Counted from the stretch's first letter, positions 24,659 to 37,353 are shown. The stretch: 64,000 nucleotides of DNA from Chrysomallon squamiferum (GCA_012295275.1 CM022669.1:7316001-7380000); one strand, 5' to 3'. Translations and numbers: made by a program. The notes: generated by a model not told the origin, from the sequence alone.

Positions 24659-26129
24659 TTATTATTATGTTGTTGTTGTTGTTGTTATTGTTGTTGCTGT
24701 TGTTCATGTATTATAATATATATGTATAATAGATCTGCTCCTCTCCCATATGTATATATATAAGGGAAGTAAAGAATATTAAACTGACCTTTCTAATAGT
24801 GAAGATGAATTTCTTAAACGCAGATTCTGTCGGTTTCTGCACAGAACATGACAGACAGTAACCATGATCAGTCAGAATCTTATCAGCGTCTTCGCTTTTA
24901 GTAATTTTATCATAAGCCCATTTAGCTGATTTATTCTGATTAACAGCAATGAAGGTCTTGTAGTGTTCCCCTACAAGATTACTAAACCCAATATAAAAAT
25001 TCATCCCAGTGTTTTTTATTTCAAATTCGACGCCAGCAATCACATCTTCGGGTGTACCATCACGATTTGTGGCACGTCCAAAGCTTTTCTCACCGGGGTC
25101 GATGTGTTTTGGATCAAGAGAAGTAAACCATTCTCCACATTCAAAATGACTTGATGTTAAATGAAGCTCGCTGTTTGTTTCATTAACAATCTCAATTTCC
25201 AGATATACATGGGAAGTAAAGTTGACCTTTTTAATAGTGAAAACAAATTTCTTAAACGCTGATTCTTCTGGTTTCTCTATGGAACATGACACAGAGTAAC
25301 CATGATATATCTTATTCTTAGTAGTACCATCAGCATTTTGTTTACAAGCCCATTCTGCTGAATTACTCCTATCAACAGCAGTGAAAGACATGTATTCACC
25401 ATAAGAAGGATTATAAAACCCAATGCAAAAATTCAGCCCAGTGTTTCCTATTTCAAATATGACACCAGCTTTCACACCTTCAAAATTAGCTTGACGATTT
25501 GCGACACGTCCAAGGCCTTTCTCACCGGGATTGATTACTTGCAGGTCAGAAGAAGTAAACCATTCTCCTTCTGCAAAATGACTTGATTTGAATGTGAGGA
25601 CGCTGTTTGTTTCATTAATGACCTCGATTTCCAGAGATCGGTGTCTTTCTGAGAAATGAGTAGTTCCCCCAACAAATTCCACATCTGATTTAACGCTGAA
25701 TTTAAAAAAAAAAAAAAAAAAAAAAAATACATATAAAATATCCCACATTAAGATAACTAACATAGCATTATTTATTCTTTAATTGTTATTTTAACTGTAT
25801 TGTGAGATTAATAGCATGTAGGCCTATAATAGAGAATTAATTTTCCTAGATAGCAAAAATATAATGAATCAAATGCTGATTTTATCATGAAAAGTAAGGA
25901 AGCCAGTTTTAATTAAGTTTTGAATAAGTTTTAAAATTTAATCATAAATTAATTACATAATTATTTAATTAATTAATTAATTGGTTATTATAAAAAATAC
26001 TACTATAAATGTTAAAATAATAACAATAATAATATAAAGAAAAAATAAGACTAACCCTTGTTTAACTGCTGTTAGCGCAATGTCCCCAAGGGAATTCAGA
26101 CGCGCTACTTTTTCTAGCACACCCAGCAT
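20264..26129 (-). CDS. Multi-exon gene for a leaderless protein with up to 7 tandem aegerolysin/actinoporin-superfamily-like beta-sandwich domains
   Basis: Frame-consistent GT-AG exons: 26129-26056, 25695-24789 (D1+D2), 24518-24084 (D3), 23659-23228 (D4), 22798-22367 (D5), 21875-21444 (D6, ends TAA), 20728-20264 (D7, TGA then AATAAA). Domain pattern: RSLEIEVINETNSVLTFKSSHFAEGEW..INPGEKG..GVKAGVIFEI..IGFYNPSYG..SAEWA. Family call is by eye; the start codon is uncertain. Confidence 0.8.
20885..20986 (+). pseudogene. PRPF31: PRPF31 terminal-exon copy inside the D6/D7 intron (antisense to the host gene)
   Basis: ttctag acceptor, then VLELLSPQAPGKTVEFANQKYSYTAAFHKVEKK*. Confidence 0.8.
21444..21875 (-). 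CDS. Multidomain gene, exon D6 (last codon is TAA immediately before a GTACGT donor)
   Basis: DIPVNEERLAFQIINKTREMLRFKERFF...TVFTYIIK*; 432 nt like D4 and D5. Confidence 0.82.
   Translation of the reverse strand, partial: DIPVNEERLAFQIINKTREMLRFKERFFSSETWALSLSKPADPEIKPGESKDVIITELLGLPDEIRVGLEFEITNTELSLYIGFYKSSDAEPKHFMQVAHGKTAEWAAEECLRNSQMTPNGRFLFDRKYNIEEQRTVFTYIIK
22021..22125 (+). pseudogene. PRPF31: PRPF31 terminal-exon copy inside the D5/D6 intron
   Basis: ttctag acceptor, then ALEIVSPQPAEKTVEEANQKYFSYTARFDKVEKI* (compare PRPF31 GLEIVNPQAAEKKVAEANQKYFS). Confidence 0.85.
22367..22798 (-). CDS. Multidomain gene, exon D5
   Basis: 432-nt phase 0-0 exon, DIPENEKILDFQIINK...TYIIKC|GTACGT. Confidence 0.82.
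22945..23049 (+). pseudogene. PRPF31: PRPF31 terminal-exon copy inside the D4/D5 intron
   Basis: ttctag acceptor, then ALEIVSPQPAEKTVEEANQKYFSYTARSEKVEKN*. Confidence 0.85.
23228..23659 (-). CDS. Multidomain gene, exon D4
   Basis: 432-nt phase 0-0 exon, DIPENEKKLTFQITNK...TYIIKC|GTACGT. Confidence 0.82.
24084..24518 (-). CDS. Multidomain gene, exon D3 (divergent domain)
   Basis: ttctcag acceptor, NVHILKIINAT...GGFEYEL..FYFGF..KSAEWAC..YTIKK|GTAGGA. Confidence 0.8.
24789..25695 (-). CDS. Multidomain gene, exon with domains D1+D2
   Basis: Lies within ORF 24711-25763; acceptor ttcag at 25696-25697, donor AAG|GTCAGT; two internal ~140-aa repeats. Confidence 0.85.
26056..26129 (-). CDS. Multidomain gene, first coding exon (amphipathic N-terminal segment; may extend upstream to ~26240)
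   Basis: MLGVLEKVARLNSLGDIALTAVKQG; the phase-2 donor GG|GTTAGT joins in frame to 25695. Confidence 0.6.
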
Positions 26130-26550
26130 TTTTCCAAGCAATGCTATTCTTTCCTTCAGTTCTTTACTTGACTCCTTCTTTTCTCCCTGATCTTCGTTCG
26201 GCTGGTTCCCTAACACTGTCTGATATTTTATGCAGCAGTCATGTAATAAAATGGTAAAGTTCTTATCTCTTTTTACAACATGGAATCGTTGCTAATAAAC
26301 AAACCTAATCACCGTAACTGCTACCGTTGATTTCCCAGAGAAATACGTATACAAAGACCTCTTACGCATATAGTATGAATTTAACACAGTACTGCTGATT
26401 TCTCGGGAACTGCTACTTGTTTATAACAACGTAGATCCGGCAATGAATATAATAAAGATATGTAACATGAAACTTGTTCTTGTTATATAGTTATGTAGAT
26501 TAAGGCTTTATCGATAACTTTGTAGAAACGTTCAGACTTTATTATATTAA

Positions 26551-26607
<57 letters not shown>

Positions 26608-26814
26608 AAAATTCTTAAAATACTTTATATGCGTTTCAATGTTCCCCTTCCCAAATTTTAAAGACTGTTATAACAAAGTCTGTGCCGGTGTATAAAGCAC
26701 AGCTATTATTCCTGAAAGGAAAAGTATTGTTATGTAGAAGTGATGTACCTTTTTTCAAACTAAACTTACAGTTATTATTACTATTATTATTACTATTACT
26801 ATTACTATTATTAC

Positions 26815-26864
<50 letters not shown>

Positions 26865-27393
26865 GTTGTAGTAGTAGTAGTCAATGCTATAAACTTTTCA
26901 CTGTATAGCAACGGGTCACATACAAATGCGAGCGTTGTTTCACCTAGATTATTTAATACCTCACAGTAGCACGTTAACTATCCTATACCCATGCGCATTC
27001 AAATATACAGTATTACGTTCGTATATCGTTTAGTGAGAAATGATTTAACTAAATATTACAACAATTCTACTTCCGTTTTGTGTTTGAAGGTAAATATAAA
27101 TACACTACTCATATTGGTAAAATATATATATATATATATATATAAATTAATAATAATTATAAAAAATTTAAAAACAAATTATGTTATTAAAACATTAATA
27201 TATCGGTAATATTTTCAGATCCACAATGAATTTTTTTTTATATTATACTATGGAAATATATTTTTTATTTACTATTAGTTTACATTAATGAGTAAGGTTG
27301 AATATTTCATTTATGATGTGTACCAGTATATCAGTTGTGTTTATTCATTACAGTATTTCATACTGACACATTTTTTTTATTCACTTATTATTA

Positions 27394-27453
<60 letters not shown>

Positions 27454-28402
27454 GATATTGCATTTTATTTCTTTGTATTTTCAGTTGCAAGCCACATGCG
27501 ATCTCTTATTGATTCCCTGATATCAGTGACTTCAAAATAAAGTCTGGTGTATGTAATAATTCATACTGTCAGTAGACTTCAACTAAATAATAATAATAAA
27601 AAATAAAAACATTATTAAAAATTAAAAAGTCAAGAAAAAAAGAGATAATCTTTGCATTTAGTCTTTATATATAGAAAACCAAAAACTATCAAATGTGTAT
27701 TGGTTTCGTGTTTGGACCTGCATTGTGCTCTCAGTCTATCGCCTTATAACCCGAAATGGAAAATACTTCAAGTTACAAGAACTCCAGATAAGACATACTC
27801 AACATGTGTTAATATTATTATTAAAATAATTTTATTTAATAATGTAAATGTATTTGAAATTAACTAAAATAAACCAATGTTATTATTTTTTGTTGTTTTC
27901 TTCGTGAAGTTTCTATGCACAATAATTTAGAAATTGTGATTAAACAACACAGATAAGCTGTGTAAAACTAAAAGAAAATTTATTAAAATTTATATTGCAA
28001 AAATTTGTATTTTGCTTTAAAGTTTCTTATTTGTTCTTGTTGATAAATTTTCTGTTCCTTTGAAATCAGTTTAATATAATTTAGTTTATTTGACATAAAC
28101 ATTAATTCTAACCAAGAATAACACAAACTTATGTCTTTAAGTTAGCTGTACGCCGATCTTCCAATTGTTCATAAGCACTGATACGTGACTTATTTTAGCA
28201 GCTTCAATGGGTTATCAAGATATATCAATCTCGCAGTAGCCTTAAAGGGTCACCTTGCTGAGTTTATCTCTTCCATACCTCGGATGAGCTGTCAGACGTG
28301 ACAAAATGATTCAGCACAATTTTAAAACAAAATAATAACATTACATTAAGTGTTTTATCAAAATATGTAAATCTTGCTGTAGTTATTAATCATTTAATAC
28401 CT

Positions 28403-28445
<43 letters not shown>

Positions 28446-29052
28446 TAAATATTATAATAATTTTAAAAATTTATTTTATAGGTTATTGTATTTTATTAGG
28501 ATTTTTAATATGTCTGTGTGTGTGAAAGAGAGTTAGAAATTTAAAAACTGACAGTCACAAACCGATCATAATTTTATATGTAGTCACGGTGTACAAGTAG
28601 CAAGATATGACGACTAGATATTTTTTCTAGTGTTTCGGGCATTGAATTTACTTCAATAAAGACTTGCAAAATAACATACTTTTTTTTTTTTTTTTTTCGA
28701 TCTGGATTGGATTTCAAAAAGTTTCTGTCAATAAAAGACGCACGTGACTCATCAGTTTATTATTATTATTATTACTGAATGGTATCAACTATTCACTGCG
28801 TGACATCAGATCACATACACCGGGAGTTTTATTTCATTTTGTTTATTTCATACCTCACAATACTAGGTTAAGTGTTCTATACACATGCGCATTCAAGTAT
28901 ACAGTATCACGTTCGTATATTGTTTTTAATTTTTAAATAAATAAATAAATATATATATATATATATGTAACAATATGTACAATAGAAATAATAAAAAAAA
29001 TAATTCCCGAATGATTTATTAATAAAAGGTTTGACGAAAATAACAGAATAAA

Positions 29053-29096
<44 letters not shown>

Positions 29097-29717
29097 GAAT
29101 AATAATAAAAATAACAAAATGAAAAATAATAAAGGATAATAATAAACAGAATATATATATACACACATATATATATATATATGCTGCTGAACAAACCATA
29201 GAAAAATATTCGTAGACGTAAGCTGCAAGATTACCTAAAACTGTCTAAATTACTTTGCTTGTCGAATCCACCTCTTTCCTACTATTTATCAGTTATTCGA
29301 CTACTCCAGCGAAACCAACAAGACCAAGCGCCCTCAGTAACCAGTCAAACGTCAGCTTCGCTTCATAATGTACAGAGTCAAACTCAAAGACGAAGTGTAA
29401 AAATTTTAAACTCATATTCATCGTGATACAGGTCTTTTTTTAAAGTATTACAGTATCACACAGTCACGAGTGTTCATCATTTGATGTTTTTGTTATTTTA
29501 TGTTATTACGATATTTTATTTCACCAGTTTAAAAAAAAACATTATCATGTTATCGTGTAACATAATCTGTGTAACATCGGGAGTCACGCACGGGAAAACG
29601 TGGGAGAAATACTTGCACTACTGTGTCAAACTTCACCTTTCTTTTAAGCCTAGCGAAATTATAAGTTACTTTTTAGTTTTTTAGTTTTTTTTAATTTTCA
29701 TTTATTATTTTCTTTTG

Positions 29718-29755
<38 letters not shown>

Positions 29756-29763
29756 CATTTATA

Positions 29764-29816
<53 letters not shown>

Positions 29817-30049
29817 CGATATTTACTGTATTGCTTTTCGCCTTCTGTACATTTTTGGTCTGAGGGGCTTATGTTCGTATCCCGGCTATGATAAAACGAT
29901 TTATCTTCAATACATTCAGTCTTAGTATTTTAAAAAACCGGACAGAAGGAAAACAGACGATGTCTTTTTTTTTTTTTTTTTTTTTTTCATTTAGATGTTT
30001 TAAGACTAATCCAGATTTTCCATTTTAAAGACTTATTTCTTTATTTGTT

Positions 30050-30600
30050 TGTGTGTTTGTTTATTTATTTAAGGGTATGTTATACAGTTTACTATTATAT
30101 TTTCACAATAACTAATCTGGTAAAAGCGAGCCAAGATACTCTTTTAAACTGGTGATCTTTCCGTTGAACTTCAACCTATATAAACTATATACATTGAAAT
30201 TGTAATTTTTGTTTTCTTCTCTATTTATTTATTTTAGAATATTTTATTCAAAGCCACAGTTATATTTTCACAACAAGAACTGTTGAGATTAATTTTTAAA
30301 CTGACCACTTTTCTGTTCTTAGATTAAAAAAAAATTTTAAAATAAAAATATACAATCAACAAATAAATACATAAAATATAAAAATTAGGATGGATAGTTT
30401 GATATTTATACCGTTCTTGGAAAATTAACTTCTCTGGTTTTGCAAAGCATCTTTATTTTTTGTGTTGTCTTCTCGAGTACTTATCTTTTCACAGTGTCTT
30501 GAAATTGTTAATCCGCAAGCAGCAGAAAAGGAAATACAAGAAGCCAGTCAGAAAAATGATAATCTACAGCAGGCCTCTAAAAACTTAATTTAAAACTACA
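30050..30600 (+). pseudogene. PRPF31: Additional PRPF31 3' fragment (intron plus terminal exon at 30495-30593)
   Basis: 30066-30310 matches 17600-17810. acag acceptor, then CLEIVNPQAAEKEIQEASQK followed by a frameshift. Confidence 0.8.
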
Positions 30601-31753
30601 AACAATTCTTGATGATATTTATTTATTTTATTATATTTTTTTATGAACCAATACATTTTTGACACGATGTTGTTCAATTAAAGGACGGATAATTTTGACT
30701 TAATATGACAATATGAGTTATTCCCCTTCATCCATTTTTATTAGAATTTGGTGATGGATTCTTACTTATTTGTTTGTTTGTTTATTTATTTATTTCTATA
30801 TTTATTGGCCTTTTGTTGTGATAGAAGCAGCAGCAGCGGTAGTAGTAGTGGTGTTAGTTTAGTTTTGTAAAACAAATCTGTTTAGAAGTTTTTTTTATTA
30901 TAATAGAGAAGAAGGCTCGCGGTATTTTGTATCAGTGGACCATTTAGGCCTAGTATTCACGATTTTGTTGTTGTTGTTGTTGTTTGCTTGCTTGTTTGTT
31001 TTTGTTTTCTTCTGTTTTAGACGGAATGCAACACTTTTTAATTCACTCGTTTAAATAAAACTAGCTTACAATGCATAATAAATAAATTGAAATGGATAAT
31101 TTTAATTTTAATATATAAACCCTGGTGAACAATGGTAAATTGAAAACATCTTTTAATTCCATTTTGTTAAACTTAAATTTATACTTTTATTTAACAGATA
31201 AAGAAGGGAACGAGTTTACTGTTTTTCATGGAAATTCTATTAAATTTGGGCATCATGGTTTCTTGGCCTTAGGCTTCCAGTTGCTACAGTCTGGCATTAT
31301 TAAAATCCATTGAAATTATCCAAATGGATTCAGAATATGCCGTTAGTCTTAGTGATTGAAGAATAACTTCACCTCGTCATTACTGCTATTATTATTACTC
31401 CTATCGTTAAATCATCATCAGTATCATTAGATTTATTGTTGCTGTTGTTTTCACCACTCTGTTATTAACGTTTTAGTTATTACAAATTCACGACTGGCAT
31501 CCAGTGACGTTAAAACAAAAACGTTTCTTGTTCAGATGTTGTGTATCAGTCCTGGTTTATATATCTTCCTGTACGCTTTGGTCGGTTTGAGTGCTTCGTG
31601 AAATTTGCAGTCTGTAACATACTTTACTTTTCCCTTCCTCTGTCTGATGACCGAGTTCAGCTAAGTGAGCTCCGTTAGAACAGGAGTTACCCACCTAAAA
31701 CAGAGAGTACGATTACTATTACTACTACTACTGCAACAGCAACTACTACTTGA

Positions 31754-31812
<59 letters not shown>

Positions 31813-32084
31813 TAATAATAATAATAATAATATAATTAATAACTAATAATTAATTCATTAAATCATTAATTAATATTCATTATTAAAGATTTAAAATAGT
31901 AATGTTTTGATTAAAAAAATAATGATAATAATAATAATAAAAGATAGAGTATAAATACAAAGATGTACATGTATATATGTCAAAAATGAGATATTATTAT
32001 AGTTTTATGCATAAATTTATGTTTAGGATATATCAAGATAATTCAATGCATATTCAACAATGATTATACAACACTTATTCTAGA

Positions 32085-32116
<32 letters not shown>

Positions 32117-32562
32117 GCATATACATGATTGTGCAACCACGTGTTATGTATGTAACACACATGCATGTACGTGTACATGTGTTTGTGTCTGTGTCTATAT
32201 GTGGTGTGTGTGTTATCTAAATACAGAAGTGTTAACGTTTTGTTTTTTTCCTAGAAAACAGACAGAAACAAAAATAGGCTTGTTGTGAATTCTAATGAAA
32301 TCCTGAGAAACCCGATAAGGAATATTTCTTGTTAATTTTCATCTAAAACAAAATGAAAAACAGTTGTGTTACTTAAACTTATAAAGAGAAAATTAAAAAA
32401 AAAAAAAAAAATGTGTTTATTCCACTTTTAAGTTTCTGTGGAGCTTTTAATCATTCATTTTCATTTTTTTTGTATGTGGATGTAATTATTGTTATTATTT
32501 TAAAATTTATTTCGGTTCTCTGTCTGTCTGTCCAGTATACTGAAATAATATAGCAAACCAAA

Positions 32563-32682
32563 TATCGGAAGTATGTATAACTTCAATTTAACTGAAGATA
32601 CACTTAAGATATCGCAAATTGGAAGTATGTATATTACTTCTTTATTTAACTGAAGATACACTTAAGATATCGCAAATCGGAA
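32563..32682. repeat. Two-copy ~57 bp tandem duplication
   Basis: ggaagtatgtata...tttaactgaagatacacttaagatatcgcaaat occurs twice. Confidence 0.85.
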
Positions 32683-33299
32683 AAGCTTATTGAATACATT
32701 TATAATAAACTGTCCCAGGCTACCTTTTATTGTTTATAATATTACTAATTTTTAGATTTTAATATTTAAGGAAGGATTAAATAAAAACTTTTTTTTTTTT
32801 TTTCCGAAGGTTATCTTAGATGATACAGATTAACAATTAATGGATTGAATGACGTCAGAGCTGTTGGTCTAACCCAAACACCGGATTTATAAATAAATAA
32901 ATAAATAAATAAATAATGATTATTATTATTGTTAAAATTCCGATTTTTGACAAAACTTTTAAAATATTTTTTGGAAGGACGTTCATAGAAGTGACATTAA
33001 TTATTATCTCAGATAATATTTATGGTTATTCTGTTTTGTCCTCACCAGAGAGAGAGAGAGAGAGAGAGAGTCAAGATAATATTATCTTGTTTTAATAAAT
33101 GAAAGAAAAACCAAAAGTAGGATGTTTCGACTACCTATCTACTGAAAAAGACAAGGCGCTTGTAAAAGGAATATGTTGTTGCTGTTGTTGTTGTTGTTGT
33201 TGTAAGAGATGAAAGTAGATAATGGATTCCTCACTAGTCTCATTACATTAAGAAAGTGTAATTGCCAATGTGGTTGTGATTAAAATATGTCGTGGTGTC

Positions 33300-33331
<32 letters not shown>

Positions 33332-33862
33332 TAGCCTCTATTTTTCATATCTATTAAAAAAAAAGGGTAAACAAACCGCAAGAAAAACAACAACAACAAC
33401 AACAACAATAATAATAATAATAATAATAATAACAATAATAATAATAATAAATTCCTATCTAATTTTTAAACGATCAAATCTAATACATTATAGGTCACAT
33501 TTCTTTTCGCGACACAAAGTTTCTTGCACGTGCAGTGGAATGTTTTATATTTTATTCGGAAAGAGGGGTGTCGGGTTGTAATGAACACCAAGCTTGGGTT
33601 TAAACAGCCGAGTGGCTCGGAAACAATGTGAAACTATTCCACGTAAATCCACAGATTAAAAATGTTAAATGGTACGGTCTTGTTACATTGTAAACACTGC
33701 AGACAGGTTGAGATGAAGTCACTTTCAGAATTATGTGTTGTTGCGCTGTAAGATTCCATTGACGTTGAATTTCTGAACAGAGCCAAACAAATGCTTAAAA
33801 CTGCACCTAAAATCGATACAAATCGTAGGTGGGGCTCGTTTGGGGATAAGTAACAATTAAAG

Positions 33863-34018
33863 ATGATGTCGTTTGAAGTCGGGGCCGAGGTGGCCTACGT
33901 CGAAGGGTCCAGTCTTCCCGAAAAGTGCATGATGGAGGTTGAATACGACAGAAATCAAAGCATTCAAGATGGAGGAATTGCGAACGCTGAAGAAATACCT
34001 CTTCCGAAAGGTTCCCAG
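33863..34018 (+). CDS. CCNO: Cyclin O candidate exon 1
   Basis: ATG-initiated 52-codon frame ending CAG|GTAAAC; phase 0 is compatible with exon 2. Confidence 0.6.
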
Positions 34019-34403
34019 GTAAACAAATGATTGGTTCTGGTGGTGGTGATGGTGGACAGAGAGGAAATATTTTAATTATTAAATGTCATTCTAGAAATGA
34101 GGCATTTTGGAGGAAAGAAGGCTAGGATGGGGGGGGGGTACGTGGTATGAGGCTGAAATCAATAAATATCTGTTAAATTTTTTTTTTAAAGAAAGACAAG
34201 AAAATAGGAAACTTCATGATTTGTGAAGTAGTCTCATGAGGAATATTACATATTTACATTTTTCAGTAAGACAGTAACGCGTGATCTGTGATTAAAAAAC
34301 CTGTGTACGCTCTTTGCAATGCGAAGTTAATTATATGTAACTTGTTTTCATTGTACATAATGTTAAACACATTTGTCATGGTTAGCCTATGTAAGGCATA
34401 ACG

Positions 34404-34445
<42 letters not shown>

Positions 34446-34482
34446 TATGTATATATATATAGAGAGAGAGACAGAGACAGAG

Positions 34483-34522
<40 letters not shown>

Positions 34523-34549
34523 GAGATAGAGAGAGAGACAGAGAGAGAG

Positions 34550-34586
<37 letters not shown>

Positions 34587-34757
34587 GATAGTGTTAGTAT
34601 GTTAGAGATGTTGTCACGTTGAAGGTTGTTTAACCGAGATACCGTCGCAGTAACTAGTTTTAAGTGTTAGTATATTTCAATGAAAAATTGACGTAGAGAG
34701 ATACAGATTTCATTACCCTTTTAGTTTTCTAGACTTGCATGTGAATCATAATGTTTA

Positions 34758-34821
<64 letters not shown>

Positions 34822-34965
34822 CTGAAATAGATAAGGTGGGAAAAAATTGAAATTAAAATTTAAATCAGTACAGAAGTAAATTATTTGTGTTGCAGATATG
34901 TATGTTAGCATGAAAGTGTGCTTGTTTGTGTGTATGCGCGTGCGTGTTTTTGATACATGCACGTT

Positions 34966-35044
<79 letters not shown>

Positions 35045-35768
35045 CACGTTAATAAATGAACGAATTAATAAATAAATAAGATCGGTTCAGAAAATTAAGT
35101 TTCAGTTTCACGTCCATTCTGTGACCACAGTTCACTATCACTAACGTAGTGTCCGACGTGTTTATTGCCATGACGTCTTCACCTCGGTTACATTTCATGC
35201 ACATGAACAATTTTCAAAAACTTTATACAAACTAAATTATTATTATTATTTTTTTTAAATTACATTAATTAAATCGAATTAATTCAACTGATTTCGCATG
35301 GGTTTACTCTTGAATAAACAAACATCTTAAGCTCTATAGATTATATCATCTTTCGAAGCGACATAGCAAAATCTTTTCCCGTTAATTCGAACTGCCGTTC
35401 ATGGGTATATTTTCTGTAATAATATTTAATTAATTTGCATCTTGATGCAAGTGTCAAATGGATATAATTAGCTACAGATAATACTCTAAGCGCTGAAGGA
35501 AAAGGTATCGTAAACAAAAGCGTGACGTCATAGAGTACTCTCGTAATTAACCATTGCCACTCCATGCCGAGTGAATTGTGAGAAAAAAACTGCACGGCGA
35601 CTTCGTGCTGTCTGGCCGAAAGATTGTCGATATTTTCTCAAACTACTGGCCTGTACAAGGCACGTGGTTTAAATACTTCATGTCTGATCAAAAGGTATTA
35701 ATCTACCAGTTTTTGTTTTATTCTTCAAACCTTGTCTGAGGAATTAAATACTAAGGTGAAAGAGGAGC

Positions 35769-35849
<81 letters not shown>

Positions 35850-36121
35850 ATCTCTCCGTTTATGTAATTATCACCATCTCATTATTCTCTTATTTTCTTT
35901 CTTTTCTCCTTTTCTTTCTTTTTCTTTCTTTCTTTATTTTTTGTTTGTTTGTTTGTTTTAATATATATTTTGATCCCTCTCTTTTTCTCAAATATCTAAG
36001 ATGTCTCTGTATTTCTAATTTGTCCATCTTTTTCTGAAATAAAATATTATAAAATCTAAAAATAAATTAAAATAATAATAATAAAAAATATATATATTCC
36101 GTAGCATTATGACAGCGATAA

Positions 36122-36156
<35 letters not shown>

Positions 36157-36528
36157 AGACATACAGGACATCGTCGGATTGGAAATTGAAAACGTGAGAA
36201 TTTGTTTATTGTTATTGTATATCGTCGTCGTCGTTGTTATGGAAAGGTTAACGTAAAACTCACCGATTGTTAATTGTGAACACTTACTCGTGTGATGACG
36301 AGGGTTTCCTCTTTCAAGTAATTATTCAAAACGATAAGCATCAAACAGCTATTACTTTTAACCTAGTATCCTTTAACTAAATAAGTTTACGTATTCCTTT
36401 TCTTCTCTTTCTCTCTCTCCCTCTCTCTCATCTCTTTCTCTGTCTTTCTCTCTCTCTCTCTCTTTCTCTCTCATTCTCTCTCTCATTCTCTCTTTCTCTC
36501 TCTCTCATTCTCTCATTCTCTCTCTCAT

Positions 36529-36600
<72 letters not shown>

Positions 36601-37100
36601 CCTCCCTCCCTCTCTCCCCCCTCCCTCCCTCCCTCTATTCTCTCTCCCCCTCCCTCTCTGTTCATTCTTTCAGTTATTAAGTTTTTCGTTCATTAATTAA
36701 TCAGTTAATTCATCCAGCAGTCTGTTTGTTTGTCTGTTCGTCCATTCAGATGTACGTGTTCGGGCAGTTCACGACGCCGGTGGATGCGGAGACGACGCTG
36801 TCGACGTCTCACGACTCCGGATACGGGGAGGAACTCTCCCAGAACCTGGAGTGCTACGAGCACTACGACGCCGACGTCGAGTGGAAGGCGAGGAAGCTGT
36901 CGTTGTACAGTCCCGTTCGGTGGACGCCGTACTGGCCAATGGGGGACATGAACCACGCGGGATTCGAAGGTTTCGAGGAAGACATTTACAGACATCGTCT
37001 GGCCATGGAGAGGAAGTTTCATCCAGTGAAGTGTCTGGCTCAGCAGCCCGAGGTGAAGCTTTGATCACATATAAGCTTTGAGTTTGCGTAAATGTAAGCG

Positions 37101-37135
<35 letters not shown>

Positions 37136-37222
37136 ATGTAATTGCGCGTGAGTGCCTTCGTGCGTGCGTATGAACATGCGCGCTTATGCTGTAGAACGTG
37201 GTATTTAGTGAGTTTCTCCCTG

Positions 37223-37253
<31 letters not shown>

Positions 37254-37321
37254 CTATGTGTGTGTGTGTTATGTGTATGTATGTATATGTGTGTATGTGT
37301 ATGTGTGTGTATGTATGTATA

Positions 37322-37353
<32 letters not shown>

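Noticed and set aside
28130-28330. Possible decayed eighth toxin-like domain next to the duplicated 3' flank
   Set aside because: Multiple stops and only vague motif echoes; cannot be supported by eye.
29855-29895. tRNA/SINE-like B-box (gttcgtatcccgg); similar motif near 38944
   Set aside because: No convincing A-box or cloverleaf; too short to call.
33500-33700. E2F-like (ttttcgcg) and forkhead-like (gtaaaca) sites upstream of cyclin O
   Set aside because: They fit the multiciliogenesis programme, but such short motifs arise by chance; conservation data needed.
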